A stretch of 64,000 nt of DNA, from IMG/VR virus record IMGVR_UViG_3300028048_000039, positions 96,001 to 160,000 of that record. One strand, given 5' to 3'. The notes beneath the pieces are model-generated. The model was not told the DNA's origin, made no database searches, and saw only the letters and a list, made by a program, of their open reading frames with translations. How positions within the stretch are numbered: position 1 is the stretch's first letter; each line of letters begins with the position of its first letter. The DNA comes from a virus (Duplodnaviria; Caudoviricetes). Shown here in pieces: positions 9,883 to 18,418 of the stretch. The position numbers and the translations under genes were made by a program.

Positions 9883-10536
9883 TTAATCTTCATCATTCGG
9901 GTCATAATCCCTGAAATAGTCATTTCCTTTCTTAGCACACTTAATTATCTTCTTAAGAAGTTTTTTGGCATCATTCCAACCTTCTTCGAAGTAATCGCCA
10001 TTAAGTATCTTAACTTTTCCACCAGCCTTGGTTAATACACGTATCCTCTCTGGTTGATAAGAACCATAGGCACTCTTGAATGGGAAGTGAATATAACCAC
10101 GTCCATCAAGTACGATTGGTGCCGTAAGCCCAAAGAAATCATCCTTGTCCTTTAATGGCATATCATCTTCTTGATACCTCTTAGCTTCTTCAAATGCTTC
10201 ATTTGCCAATGAAATGGCAGCATTAATTTTGCTAACCGGGTCAGATATTTCATTTAACACTTTCTTAACGCCTTCCATTACTATAGTACGAATATCCCTT
10301 TCAGTTATACGTACAATACTCTCATTAGCCTTACTCTTCTTCTTGCTTTTCTTTACATGATTTGGGAGACCTTTATGCTTTGTCTTTGCAAATTCCTTTG
10401 CCCCCTTTTTTGATATAGATTTAGCAGCATCCTTAATAGCCTTACTAGGGTTATCAAGCTCACCTTTCTGATAAGCGTGAACCATTCCGAAAAATCGCTG
10501 CTGTGCACGGCTTTTTGCTTTTTCATTTAGTATCAT
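9883..10536 (-). CDS. Late basic protein (KSxAQQRFFGMV...FAKTKHKGLP, DUF3008-like) whose N-terminus is supplied by the adjacent insertion
   Basis: Recognisable N-terminal motif; late motif at 10555-10564; see findings. Confidence 0.65.
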   Translation of the reverse strand: MILNEKAKSRAQQRFFGMVHAYQKGELDNPSKAIKDAAKSISKKGAKEFAKTKHKGLPNHVKKSKKKSKANESIVRITERDIRTIVMEGVKKVLNEISDPVSKINAAISLANEAFEEAKRYQEDDMPLKDKDDFFGLTAPIVLDGRGYIHFPFKSAYGSYQPERIRVLTKAGGKVKILNGDYFEEGWNDAKKLLKKIIKCAKKGNDYFRDYDPNDED

Positions 10537-10608
10537 AATGAGAAATATTTTTAAATAAATAGTTCATTTTTATTAGAAAATAAGATATTTTCAACTATTT
10601 ATAGAAAA

Positions 10609-10716
10609 GATTTTTTTGTAGAAGTAAGGCCCTACAAAAAATCAAGACATAATAATCTTACAGGGAGTATAGTCTTTTACCAGGCCTTACAATATGGTAA
10701 TTTTCTATCTCCTTGT
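10609..10716 (+). ncRNA. Structured 5' leader RNA with a predicted kissing-loop interaction
   Basis: Hairpin 1 loop GTAAGGCC (10624-10631) is the exact reverse complement of hairpin 3 loop GGCCTTAC (10683-10690). Confidence 0.6.
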
Positions 10717-10727
10717 TTTTTTATGAT

Positions 10728-11876
10728 ATGAAGAAAATTACAAAGGACGAATTTATAAAAAGGGCAAATAGTTGCCATAATAATAAATATGATTATTCTA
10801 AAGTGGTCTATATAAATAGTACAACTAAGGTTAATATTATCTGTCCGATATATGGAGAATTCCTTCAAACACCTTCTAAGCATTTAAGAGGACAAGGCTG
10901 CCCTATTTGTGGTAATAAAAAAGCAATAGCCGAGAGAAATAGAACACAAGACGAATTTTTGCGTATGGCAGAAAACATACATGGTAAAAGATATGATTAT
11001 AGCAAAACATTATACAAAAAGAATGATAAGAAGGTTTGCATAATATGTCATGAAAAAGACAAATTCGGAATTGAGCATGGTGAATTTTGGCAAGAACCAC
11101 ATACTCATCTGAATGGAAGTGGTTGCCCTAAGTGTTCTCAGAATCATAAATATACAACACAAGAGTGGGTTGAAAGGGCTAAAATTATACATGGCGATAA
11201 ATATATCTATGATAATGTAGAATATGAGTCGTGGAATAAAAAGGTTTGTATTATATGCCCAGAACACGGGGAATTTTATCAAACACCACATCACCATCTA
11301 AGTGGTCACGGATGCCCTTTATGCGCAAGTCAGGTCGTTAGTGAAAAGAAAAAACTATCACAAGATGAATTTATTTCCAGAGCAAAAACCATTCATAATA
11401 ATAAATATGATTATAGTAAAGTAGAATATGTTGATTGCAAAACCAAAATTAATATTATCTGTCCGATACATGGAGAATTTAGACAATATCCATCATACCA
11501 TCTAAGCGGCAATGGTTGTCCCTTTTGTAACGAAAGTCATATAGAAAGAGAAGTTAAGAATACTTTAGAAAAATACAAAATTGAATTTAATCGGAAAAAA
11601 CATTTTCCTTGGCTCAAAAATAAGCAAGAAATGGAATTAGATTTTTATCTTCCCACTGTAAAGGTTGCTATTGAAGTACAAGGCAGGCAGCATTATGAGC
11701 CAGTTAGTTTTGGTAGCAAAAATAATGATAAAGTTCAGCAAAGATTTAACGAACAAATAGAGCGTGATAAGAAGAAAAAGAAATTATGTGAAGAACATGG
11801 TATTAAAATGATTTATATCGATTTTAACGAAAAAAATGACATTGAAAAAATCATATTAAACTCAATTCTAAAATAA
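10728..11876 (+). CDS. Putative homing endonuclease: four DUF723-like zinc-finger repeats plus a C-terminal PD-(D/E)xK/Vsr-like nuclease
   Basis: Repeats of H.xKYDYSKV.Y...IICPxHGEF.Q.P..HL.G.GCP.C; ELDFYLP...AIEVQGRQHY...DKKKKKLC. Confidence 0.85.
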   Translation: MKKITKDEFIKRANSCHNNKYDYSKVVYINSTTKVNIICPIYGEFLQTPSKHLRGQGCPICGNKKAIAERNRTQDEFLRMAENIHGKRYDYSKTLYKKNDKKVCIICHEKDKFGIEHGEFWQEPHTHLNGSGCPKCSQNHKYTTQEWVERAKIIHGDKYIYDNVEYESWNKKVCIICPEHGEFYQTPHHHLSGHGCPLCASQVVSEKKKLSQDEFISRAKTIHNNKYDYSKVEYVDCKTKINIICPIHGEFRQYPSYHLSGNGCPFCNESHIEREVKNTLEKYKIEFNRKKHFPWLKNKQEMELDFYLPTVKVAIEVQGRQHYEPVSFGSKNNDKVQQRFNEQIERDKKKKKLCEEHGIKMIYIDFNEKNDIEKIILNSILK

Positions 11877-11903
11877 TGCCAGTGCTTTACTCTTTGCTGG
11901 CAT
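11868..11903 (-). pseudogene. Orphaned original 5' end (MPAKSKA) of the 9883-10536 gene
   Basis: ATG CCA GCA AAG AGT AAA GCA C behind its own AACTATTTAT (11922-11931); runs into TAG after 11 codons. Confidence 0.65.
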
Positions 11904-11985
11904 ATTAAAACTATTTTCTTTATAAATAGTTTGCTTTTTCCGTTTATTTTATGTATATTTAACAAAAGTTAAAATAGATTTTAAG

Positions 11986-12804
11986 ATGGAAGAAACGTTA
12001 AAAGAAAAATGCAAGAGACTTCAGAATGAGAAGAATTATAAGGTAGACCCAGAGAAGTACATTATTGTACATGTTGATGGGCGTTCCTTTTCAAAAGTAG
12101 TCAAGAATAAGTTTAAAAAACCATTTGACAACGACTTCATTAACATGATGAACGAGACAGCTAAGTACCTCTGTGAGAATGTTCAGGGGTGCCAAGTGGC
12201 ATATGTTCAGAGTGATGAAATTACGTTAATCTTGAAGAAAATGAGACCGGAAAGCGATGTCTTTTTTGGCGGAAGACTTTGTAAGATGCAGAGCATCATT
12301 GCTTCAATGGCAACAGCAAAATTCAACCAATTAGTGACTTTGTATAACATCAAGAAGGATGCCTATGACTATATCAAAATAGACTATTTAGACACCATTT
12401 ATAATGCAAAGGACATTGTAAGGATGATTAAGGATTCATCACTTTATGAGTTTGACTGTAAGGTATGGGATGTTAATGAGAGAAACGATGCAATAGCATG
12501 GTTATTATTTCGCAGCATTGACTGCATCAGGAATTCGAAGAACCAGACAGCACAGACTTATCTTTCACATAATGAATTGCTTAATAAGACAGCAGATGAA
12601 GCAATTGAAATGCTGAAGGAGAAGAAGGACATTGATTGGAATAAGTTGCCAGATGGTATCAAGTATGGGCGTATACTTGTTAAGGAACCGATTACGGTTA
12701 TATGTGAGGGAGGAACGACAACCAGGATGAAGTGGCATGTAGAAGATGGTTTCGACCTTACTAATAATGAAAAGAGAGAATTATTTTTTGAAAACATTTT
12801 TTAA
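11986..12804 (+). CDS. thg1: tRNA(His) guanylyltransferase, Thg1/TLP family
   Basis: IVHVDGRSFSK, KPFD, AYVQSDEITL, FFGGRLCKM.S, FDCKV, RSIDCIRNS. Confidence 0.9.
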   Translation: MEETLKEKCKRLQNEKNYKVDPEKYIIVHVDGRSFSKVVKNKFKKPFDNDFINMMNETAKYLCENVQGCQVAYVQSDEITLILKKMRPESDVFFGGRLCKMQSIIASMATAKFNQLVTLYNIKKDAYDYIKIDYLDTIYNAKDIVRMIKDSSLYEFDCKVWDVNERNDAIAWLLFRSIDCIRNSKNQTAQTYLSHNELLNKTADEAIEMLKEKKDIDWNKLPDGIKYGRILVKEPITVICEGGTTTRMKWHVEDGFDLTNNEKRELFFENIF

Positions 12805-12805
12805 T

Positions 12806-13933
12806 ATGGAGTATAAGAAAAGAATTTTGATAACAGGGGGTGCAGGATTCATTGGTTCACACCTCGTAAGACATTTTGTAAATAAGTACCCAGAGTACTT
12901 AATCGTAGTATATGACGCATTGACATATGCAGGTGACCTTGAGAACCTTAAAGACATTTTAGGAAAGGAAAACCTCAGGGTTTATCGTGCTGACATCAAG
13001 GATAGCCTTTCATTGGCAGCAGCATTTAAGAAACATGAAATTACGGACATCATTCACCTTGCCGCTGAAAGTCATGTAGATAGAAGTATAAACGACCCGA
13101 ATGAATTTGTTACAACAAACGTCATTGGAACAGTAAATCTTCTTAACATTGCAAAGACAGCATGGAAAGATAACTATGAAAGCCATAGGTTCCACCACGT
13201 ATCAACAGACGAGGTATATGGGTCACTTCCATTAGGAACAGATGATAAATTCCATGAAACAACAAAGTATGACCCACATAGTCCTTACTCAGCAAGCAAG
13301 GCATCATCTGACCACTTTGTCTTGGCATATCATACAACCTATGGAATGAATGTCACAATTAGCAACTGCTCAAATAATTACGGTCCAAATCAGTTCCCGG
13401 AAAAACTTATTCCGTTGGCAATAGATAGACTTAAGAACGGCAAGAAAATTCCAATCTATGGTACTGGTGATAATGTAAGGGACTGGCTCTACGTTGTTGA
13501 CCATGTTAAGGCAATTGATAAGATATTCCATGAAGGCAAGAGCGGAAGAACTTATAATGTTGGTGGTGGCAAGGAACTTTCCAATGTTGAAATTGTAAAG
13601 GCAATTATCTGGGCATATAGTGATACATTGATTAAGAAACAACTCCTTGAGAAGCCAAATGAAATCCCACTTACCCCATTAAAGTTTGAGGATGTGACAG
13701 AGTTTGTTGAGGATAGGAAGGGCCACGATAAACGTTATGCTATATCAGCAGATAGAATTAAAGAAGAATTGGGATGGGAACCAGAAATGACATTTGAAAG
13801 AGGTATTAAGGAAACTGTCAAGTGGTACATTGAAAATGACGAATGGCTTACCCATATCAGCACTGGTGAGTATAAAAAATCGCTTTTAAAGAAATTAAAC
13901 GACCTTTATGTTGAAAATAATTTGTTAAATTAA
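12806..13933 (+). CDS. rfbB: dTDP-glucose 4,6-dehydratase
   Basis: ITGGAGFIGS, DALTYAG, HLAAESHVDRSI, VSTDEVYG, PYSASKA, NNYGPNQFPEKLIP, RDWLYV, DRKGHDKRY. Confidence 0.95.
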   Translation: MEYKKRILITGGAGFIGSHLVRHFVNKYPEYLIVVYDALTYAGDLENLKDILGKENLRVYRADIKDSLSLAAAFKKHEITDIIHLAAESHVDRSINDPNEFVTTNVIGTVNLLNIAKTAWKDNYESHRFHHVSTDEVYGSLPLGTDDKFHETTKYDPHSPYSASKASSDHFVLAYHTTYGMNVTISNCSNNYGPNQFPEKLIPLAIDRLKNGKKIPIYGTGDNVRDWLYVVDHVKAIDKIFHEGKSGRTYNVGGGKELSNVEIVKAIIWAYSDTLIKKQLLEKPNEIPLTPLKFEDVTEFVEDRKGHDKRYAISADRIKEELGWEPEMTFERGIKETVKWYIENDEWLTHISTGEYKKSLLKKLNDLYVENNLLN

Positions 13934-13995
13934 AAACTTTTTTATATATTTGCACCAGAAGGTAGAAAGAATAACATTTAAAATATAAAAAGGAA

Positions 13996-14340
13996 ATGAG
14001 TAATTTGTTTAAGAAAATCGCTTCAATCTTCAAGAAGAAGAATAAGGAAGACGAGAATGTATTGAGAGAAATGGCATTGGCTTTTGGTCGGGATGACATT
14101 CAGTATGCAACGGTAGGGGAGGAAATTGCAGAGAAGGCTCCGGTAGTCGAAGAGGTAAAAGAGGAACCAGTAGTAAAGAAGGCTCCGGCAAAGAAGACAG
14201 CAGCCAAGAAGCCGGCCGCAAAGAAAACAACAAAGAAAACTGTTAAGAAAACTCCTGCAAAGAAACCTGCAGTAAAGAAGGCCGCACCAGCTAAGAAGGC
14301 AAGTGCTAAGAAACCAGCAGTAAAGAAAAGTAAAAAGTAA
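13996..14340 (+). CDS. Histone H1-like Lys/Ala/Pro-rich protein
   Basis: C-terminal KKPAAKK/KKAPAKK repeats; own early promoter at 13921-13952. Confidence 0.7.
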   Translation: MSNLFKKIASIFKKKNKEDENVLREMALAFGRDDIQYATVGEEIAEKAPVVEEVKEEPVVKKAPAKKTAAKKPAAKKTTKKTVKKTPAKKPAVKKAAPAKKASAKKPAVKKSKK

Positions 14341-14366
14341 GTTTAACCATTTAAAAATTTAGGATT

Positions 14367-14816
14367 ATGAGTAAAGTAAAAATTTCGTTTTATGACGAGC
14401 CAGAATTTTATGTTAATGAAGAGAAGGGCGTAGTAACATGTAAGATTAAGGGCTTTATGCGGCTTCCATTTCTTTATGTCTATGATGGGCTGATTGATGC
14501 TAATCAGGAGCAAGTGATAGAGGGCATAGGTGTTGCTAAGTGTAGCGGAAACGATAAGTTTGATGTTAATCGTGGCAAGAGAATTGCATTGGCAAAGGCC
14601 GAGAACAAGGCTTATAAGGCTGCAATGAACAAGTCAAGAGAAATGCTTATCAAGCTTCATGGACTTATTCATTCTTATGAGGAAATGATACGCAAGGGCG
14701 ATAGAGTAATTGAACATAACAACTCTTACATTGAGACCCTTTCGGAGGTTAATTCAATCTTCTACAGAAAAGAAGTTCTTCCACCAAAGCGTGGTGTGAC
14801 AATTAAAACTAAGTAA
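14367..14816 (+). CDS. Hypothetical phage protein
   Basis: GVAKCSGNDKFDVNRGKRIALAKA motif, common in phage proteins. Confidence 0.6.
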   Translation: MSKVKISFYDEPEFYVNEEKGVVTCKIKGFMRLPFLYVYDGLIDANQEQVIEGIGVAKCSGNDKFDVNRGKRIALAKAENKAYKAAMNKSREMLIKLHGLIHSYEEMIRKGDRVIEHNNSYIETLSEVNSIFYRKEVLPPKRGVTIKTK

Positions 14817-14817
14817 G

Positions 14818-15126
14818 ATGTCAAGACGAGATTACATTGCTGAACTATATGGTGAGGACCTTGTCATCTTGGATAACCCATCATTTGACTCCGCAATAGT
14901 TGGAGTATCAAGTGATGATAGGGTAATCTACGACTACGACAAGATGGTGGATAGCCTCATGCACGACGAGAGTTTTAAGGATGATGAAGGCAACTACCTC
15001 TCTTATGAGGATGCAATTGACTGGATAGACTTTAATACTCTCCGTGCCTTACCATATATTAAGAATAGTCCAATCGTAATGTATAACATTGAAGATAACT
15101 TTAATGAGGAAAAAGACGATGATTAA
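14818..15126 (+). CDS. Hypothetical phage protein
   Basis: FDSAIVGV...VIYDYDKMV...AIDWIDFN pattern. Confidence 0.6.
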   Translation: MSRRDYIAELYGEDLVILDNPSFDSAIVGVSSDDRVIYDYDKMVDSLMHDESFKDDEGNYLSYEDAIDWIDFNTLRALPYIKNSPIVMYNIEDNFNEEKDDD

Positions 15127-15522
15127 ATGGCCATAATTGTTTATAACAGGCAGAACGAAGACCATTCTTCAGACCCAAACAATTATCCTATCTACAGGGG
15201 TGCGAGTGTCCTAGGTAATCCGTTTACGCATAAACCATTATCTAAGACACTTGCTGTCTTTCAAGTAAAGACGAGGGAGGAAGCCATTGAGAGGTATGAC
15301 AGTTACTTCGACCTCCAGTATGAGAACAATGAACACTTTAAGGGAGTAATTGATGAAATCTATGAAAAGTATAAGAACGGAGAGGATATCTACCTTGAGT
15401 GTTTCTGTTCTCCGAATCCTTGTCATGGAAATGTTATTGTTAAGAAATTGAAGAAGAGGTTGTTAAAAGAAAAAATGAAAGAAGCAAAAAAGAATAAAGA
15501 TGCCACTAAGAGACGAAAGTAA
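15127..15522 (+). CDS. DUF4326-like protein
   Basis: IYRGASVLGNPF...REEAIERY...LECFCSPNPCHGNVI. Confidence 0.7.
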   Translation: MAIIVYNRQNEDHSSDPNNYPIYRGASVLGNPFTHKPLSKTLAVFQVKTREEAIERYDSYFDLQYENNEHFKGVIDEIYEKYKNGEDIYLECFCSPNPCHGNVIVKKLKKRLLKEKMKEAKKNKDATKRRK

Positions 15523-16360
15523 ATATAACATTATAGTTGAGGGCGAACCAAAGGAAGTGACTGAGATAAGGAAGAAGATACTCTCCTCATTTGATGGACT
15601 TGAGTTTGTTGATGAAGGGCATAAGTATTTCCTTAATGGTCAGGAATTAGTTTCTGTATCCTCAATTGTAAGCCAGTTTGAAGAAGAGTTTGACACCCCT
15701 GCGAAGGCAGCAGCGTATGCAGAGAAGAATGGTGAGACTGCAGAGTATTGGATTGACCAGTGGAAGCTGATAAATCTTAAGGCAACAATCACAGGAACCC
15801 AAGTACATAGCTACGGTGAGTCACTTGCATGGCTCCATATGGGTTGTCCAGAAAATATCACTGATGATAACAAGTATAAGTACATCAAGGATAAGGGTTG
15901 GTTAATTCCAACGAGACCAAAGGAAATTGCTGCATTAAACTTTTTTGAAAGCTTCCCGGAGAATACCTATGTTGTATTGCCAGAGACGAGGATATATAAT
16001 ATAGGTGATAGATTTAAATATGCAGGAACATTTGACCTCCTGGTTTATTATGACCATCCAACCGATAAGAGTAAGAGTGGGCTGATTGTAATGGACTGGA
16101 AAACGAACAGGGAGATTTATAAGGAGTATAGCCGTGAGCACGGAAAGATGATGATATGGCCATTTGGTGAGTTGTATGATGAACCTTATGGTGGTTACAC
16201 AATACAGTTGAACCTTTATACAATCGCACTGAGGAAGATTGGTCTTAATGTCATTGGCAGGAGAATTATATGGCTTAAGGAAGATGAAACATTTGAGATT
16301 ATTCCGGTAGATGATGTTAGTGAGAACATATTTAAATTGGATGAAAAGTTGAAAAAATAA
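15500..16360 (+). CDS. PD-(D/E)xK (Cas4/RecB-like) exonuclease
   Basis: SVSSIV, GTQVH, AGTFDLL...MDWKTN, QLNLY. Confidence 0.8.
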   Translation: MPLRDESKYNIIVEGEPKEVTEIRKKILSSFDGLEFVDEGHKYFLNGQELVSVSSIVSQFEEEFDTPAKAAAYAEKNGETAEYWIDQWKLINLKATITGTQVHSYGESLAWLHMGCPENITDDNKYKYIKDKGWLIPTRPKEIAALNFFESFPENTYVVLPETRIYNIGDRFKYAGTFDLLVYYDHPTDKSKSGLIVMDWKTNREIYKEYSREHGKMMIWPFGELYDEPYGGYTIQLNLYTIALRKIGLNVIGRRIIWLKEDETFEIIPVDDVSENIFKLDEKLKK

Positions 16361-16379
16361 TGATATTAAATCTTAAGAT

Positions 16380-16607
16380 ATGAAAAAAGATGCACGTTAT
16401 GAAGTAATCAAGGCGATACCTCTTGGGGGTGACAAGGAAATCCCCGTAAAGACAGCGATTTACAGGACGCACGGTGTTTATTATATGGATGGTGGTCTAC
16501 TACCACAATCTTACCAGGAAGACTTCGATAAGCTCATTGAACATGAGGAAGTTAATGGATGGAATTACATCTGTCCGATTAAGACGAGGGAAGCGTTCAA
16601 GAATTAG
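16380..16607 (+). CDS. Hypothetical protein
   Basis: ORF followed by a terminator. Confidence 0.6.
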   Translation: MKKDARYEVIKAIPLGGDKEIPVKTAIYRTHGVYYMDGGLLPQSYQEDFDKLIEHEEVNGWNYICPIKTREAFKN

Positions 16608-16610
16608 GTG

Positions 16611-16651
16611 AAAATGCCCACTAGATATACTTGGTGGGCATTTTTTATCAC
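16611..16651 (+). terminator. Rho-independent terminator
   Basis: AAAATGCCCACTAG-atata-CTTGGTGGGCATTTTTT. Confidence 0.7.
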
Positions 16652-16680
16652 TTGATGCTATTTATAAAAAAAGAAAAAAT

Positions 16681-16902
16681 ATGTCAAAATTTCAAACAGA
16701 ATTTAAAGGATATAACAAGGAATTCGTTAAGTTCCATGTCTTACCTTTCATATATATTGAAAATGACAAGTTTGCATTTTCCATTTCACTTGGCTGGCTT
16801 TTCTGGAAGGTAATCTTCTTTAAGTATAAGAAGAAGATGAAGGCACACAAGAAAGTATCTAAGAATTACATATCACAAGTAAAGAACCTCTTTGAGAAGT
16901 AG
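16681..16902 (+). CDS. Small basic/hydrophobic hypothetical protein
   Basis: Late-like motif GCTATTTATA at about 16657. Confidence 0.5.
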   Translation: MSKFQTEFKGYNKEFVKFHVLPFIYIENDKFAFSISLGWLFWKVIFFKYKKKMKAHKKVSKNYISQVKNLFEK

Positions 16903-17018
16903 CCATTAGCATCAAGAAAATTTTTACGAAAAAAGAGAAAATAGTTTTTGTTTTCTCAAAACCTTTTTGTATATTTACATTGACTTAGAAAATAATATTA
17001 ACTTTAAAATTATAGAAC

Positions 17019-17540
17019 ATGAAAAATTTGATTTTAGATGGTCGCCTTGGAAAAGATTGTGAGAAAGGCGTTACAAAGATGGGCAAGCCCTACATTAGAT
17101 TTAGCTTAGCTAACAGTACATTCTTCAATGGAGAAACAAAGACAGAGTGGTTTGACATTACCTGCACCAACCCTAAGTTCGTTGATAACGAGAAGGTCAT
17201 AAAGTTCTTGACTAAGGGTAGATATGTAATCGTAAGTGGCCGCCTCAGAACCGAGGTTAGAGTAAGTAATAATAAGGTTTACTGCAATCAGCATGTTGAC
17301 GCTGACCTCATCGAGGGTCTTGGTGGTGGAAACTCCCAGAAGGATAAGAATGAGGAAGAGCAGCAGGTTTCAACCTATACCGGCGGTACCCCTTCAGCGC
17401 TTTCAGAAAAACACGAGGAGCCAGCCCCAGCACCTGCACCTACCCCAGAGCCTGCGCCAGTAGCAGTATCATCCAATGGTGGACACTCCAATATTGATGA
17501 ATTTAATAATAGTGAAGTCGATGATGACCTCCCATTCTAA
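17019..17540 (+). CDS. ssb: Single-stranded DNA-binding protein
   Basis: GRLGKD...RFSLA...TEWF...LTKGRYVIVSGRL OB fold; acidic DDDLPF tail. Confidence 0.92.
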   Translation: MKNLILDGRLGKDCEKGVTKMGKPYIRFSLANSTFFNGETKTEWFDITCTNPKFVDNEKVIKFLTKGRYVIVSGRLRTEVRVSNNKVYCNQHVDADLIEGLGGGNSQKDKNEEEQQVSTYTGGTPSALSEKHEEPAPAPAPTPEPAPVAVSSNGGHSNIDEFNNSEVDDDLPF

Positions 17541-17552
17541 AAATTAACTACT

Positions 17553-17915
17553 ATGATTGATATTAGAGATATTTCCACAAAGGAAGACTTTGAGTATTTC
17601 AAGAGCTTAAGTAATGACAAGATTACCGTAGCCCTTTTCCATGCTAGTTGGTGTGGACCTTGCCGTGTGCTTGAAGGAACATTGAAGAATCTCGACCCTG
17701 AGAAGATTGGCAATACTCTCTTCGGAGAACTTGATGTTGACAATGAAAATCTTGAGGATGTGATTGCTGATAATAGAGTTAGAAATGTTCCAGTAATGGT
17801 GTTCTTCAAGAATGGTTTTGAGGCAAATCGCATTGTCGGCAACGTTCCGGTAACTGAGATTTATAACATGATTAATAAGCTTTCAGACGATGCTGTGGTT
17901 GATAACACTAATTAA
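17553..17915 (+). CDS. trxA: Thioredoxin
   Basis: FHASWCGPCR; VRNVPVMVFFKNG. Confidence 0.92.
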   Translation: MIDIRDISTKEDFEYFKSLSNDKITVALFHASWCGPCRVLEGTLKNLDPEKIGNTLFGELDVDNENLEDVIADNRVRNVPVMVFFKNGFEANRIVGNVPVTEIYNMINKLSDDAVVDNTN

Positions 17916-18099
17916 GTTCATCGCCGTAATTGTCGGTGTGTTCTCAATGTGCCTATTCGTGATAAGTTGCATAATGCTTGCGATTGCACCAGAAATTGTT
18001 ACTGATGAACAAGGTCATGTTTATGAAAAACATACTGGTTCGAGGCTTTGGCTTGCAGTAATAATGGCTATTGCCTGGGCGGTTGTAATCACACTTTAA
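17890..18099 (+). CDS. Small two-TM membrane protein
   Basis: Two hydrophobic segments. Confidence 0.55.
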   Translation: MLWLITLIKFIAVIVGVFSMCLFVISCIMLAIAPEIVTDEQGHVYEKHTGSRLWLAVIMAIAWAVVITL

Positions 18100-18102
18100 G
18101 TT

Positions 18103-18387
18103 ATGACTGAGGAAGAGCTTAAGATACAGGATGAATGGATGTCTGAAACCGTTGAAAGGGTGAAGAAAGGAAATTGGTGGTACAGGTTCTTTTGTTTCAT
18201 GATGGGTAAGCGGAAAAAGAAAATGACATACAAGGAAGTGTTCCTCCTCATTTATGGCTTGAACAAGAATAAACTTGGCGACAAGACAGCGAAGGAAATT
18301 GCTCTCTACAAAATCTTAGAAATCTACATTAACAATCATGGAAAATTGCCGAAAGGTGTTAAATTAAAAAAAGGACCCCAATTTTGA
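18103..18387 (+). CDS. Hypothetical protein
   Basis: In-operon ORF ending in the terminator. Confidence 0.55.
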   Translation: MTEEELKIQDEWMSETVERVKKGNWWYRFFCFMMGKRKKKMTYKEVFLLIYGLNKNKLGDKTAKEIALYKILEIYINNHGKLPKGVKLKKGPQF

Positions 18388-18400
18388 GGTCCTTTTTCTT
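18368..18400. terminator. Bidirectional terminator
   Basis: AAAAGGACCCCA-attt-TGAGGTCCTTTTT. Confidence 0.7.
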
Positions 18401-18418
18401 TTTCGCATTAAATTAAAC

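Larger units (their letters stand above)
10507..11885. mobile_element. Free-standing homing-endonuclease insertion (about 1.38 kb) in the 5' end of the 9883-10536 gene
   Basis: GTGC occurs at both junctions (10503-10506, 11882-11885); deleting 10507-11885 restores MPAKSKAQQRFFGM in frame behind the late motif at 11922. Confidence 0.7.

Noticed and set aside
10507-11885. Group I/II intron or IS element explanation for the endonuclease insertion
   Set aside because: No P/Q/R/S core or domain V seen, the ORF is antisense to the host gene, and there is no transposase motif or terminal inverted repeats.
15500-16360. cas4 as part of a CRISPR-Cas locus
   Set aside because: No other cas genes or array, and no Fe-S cysteine cluster; a stand-alone phage exonuclease.
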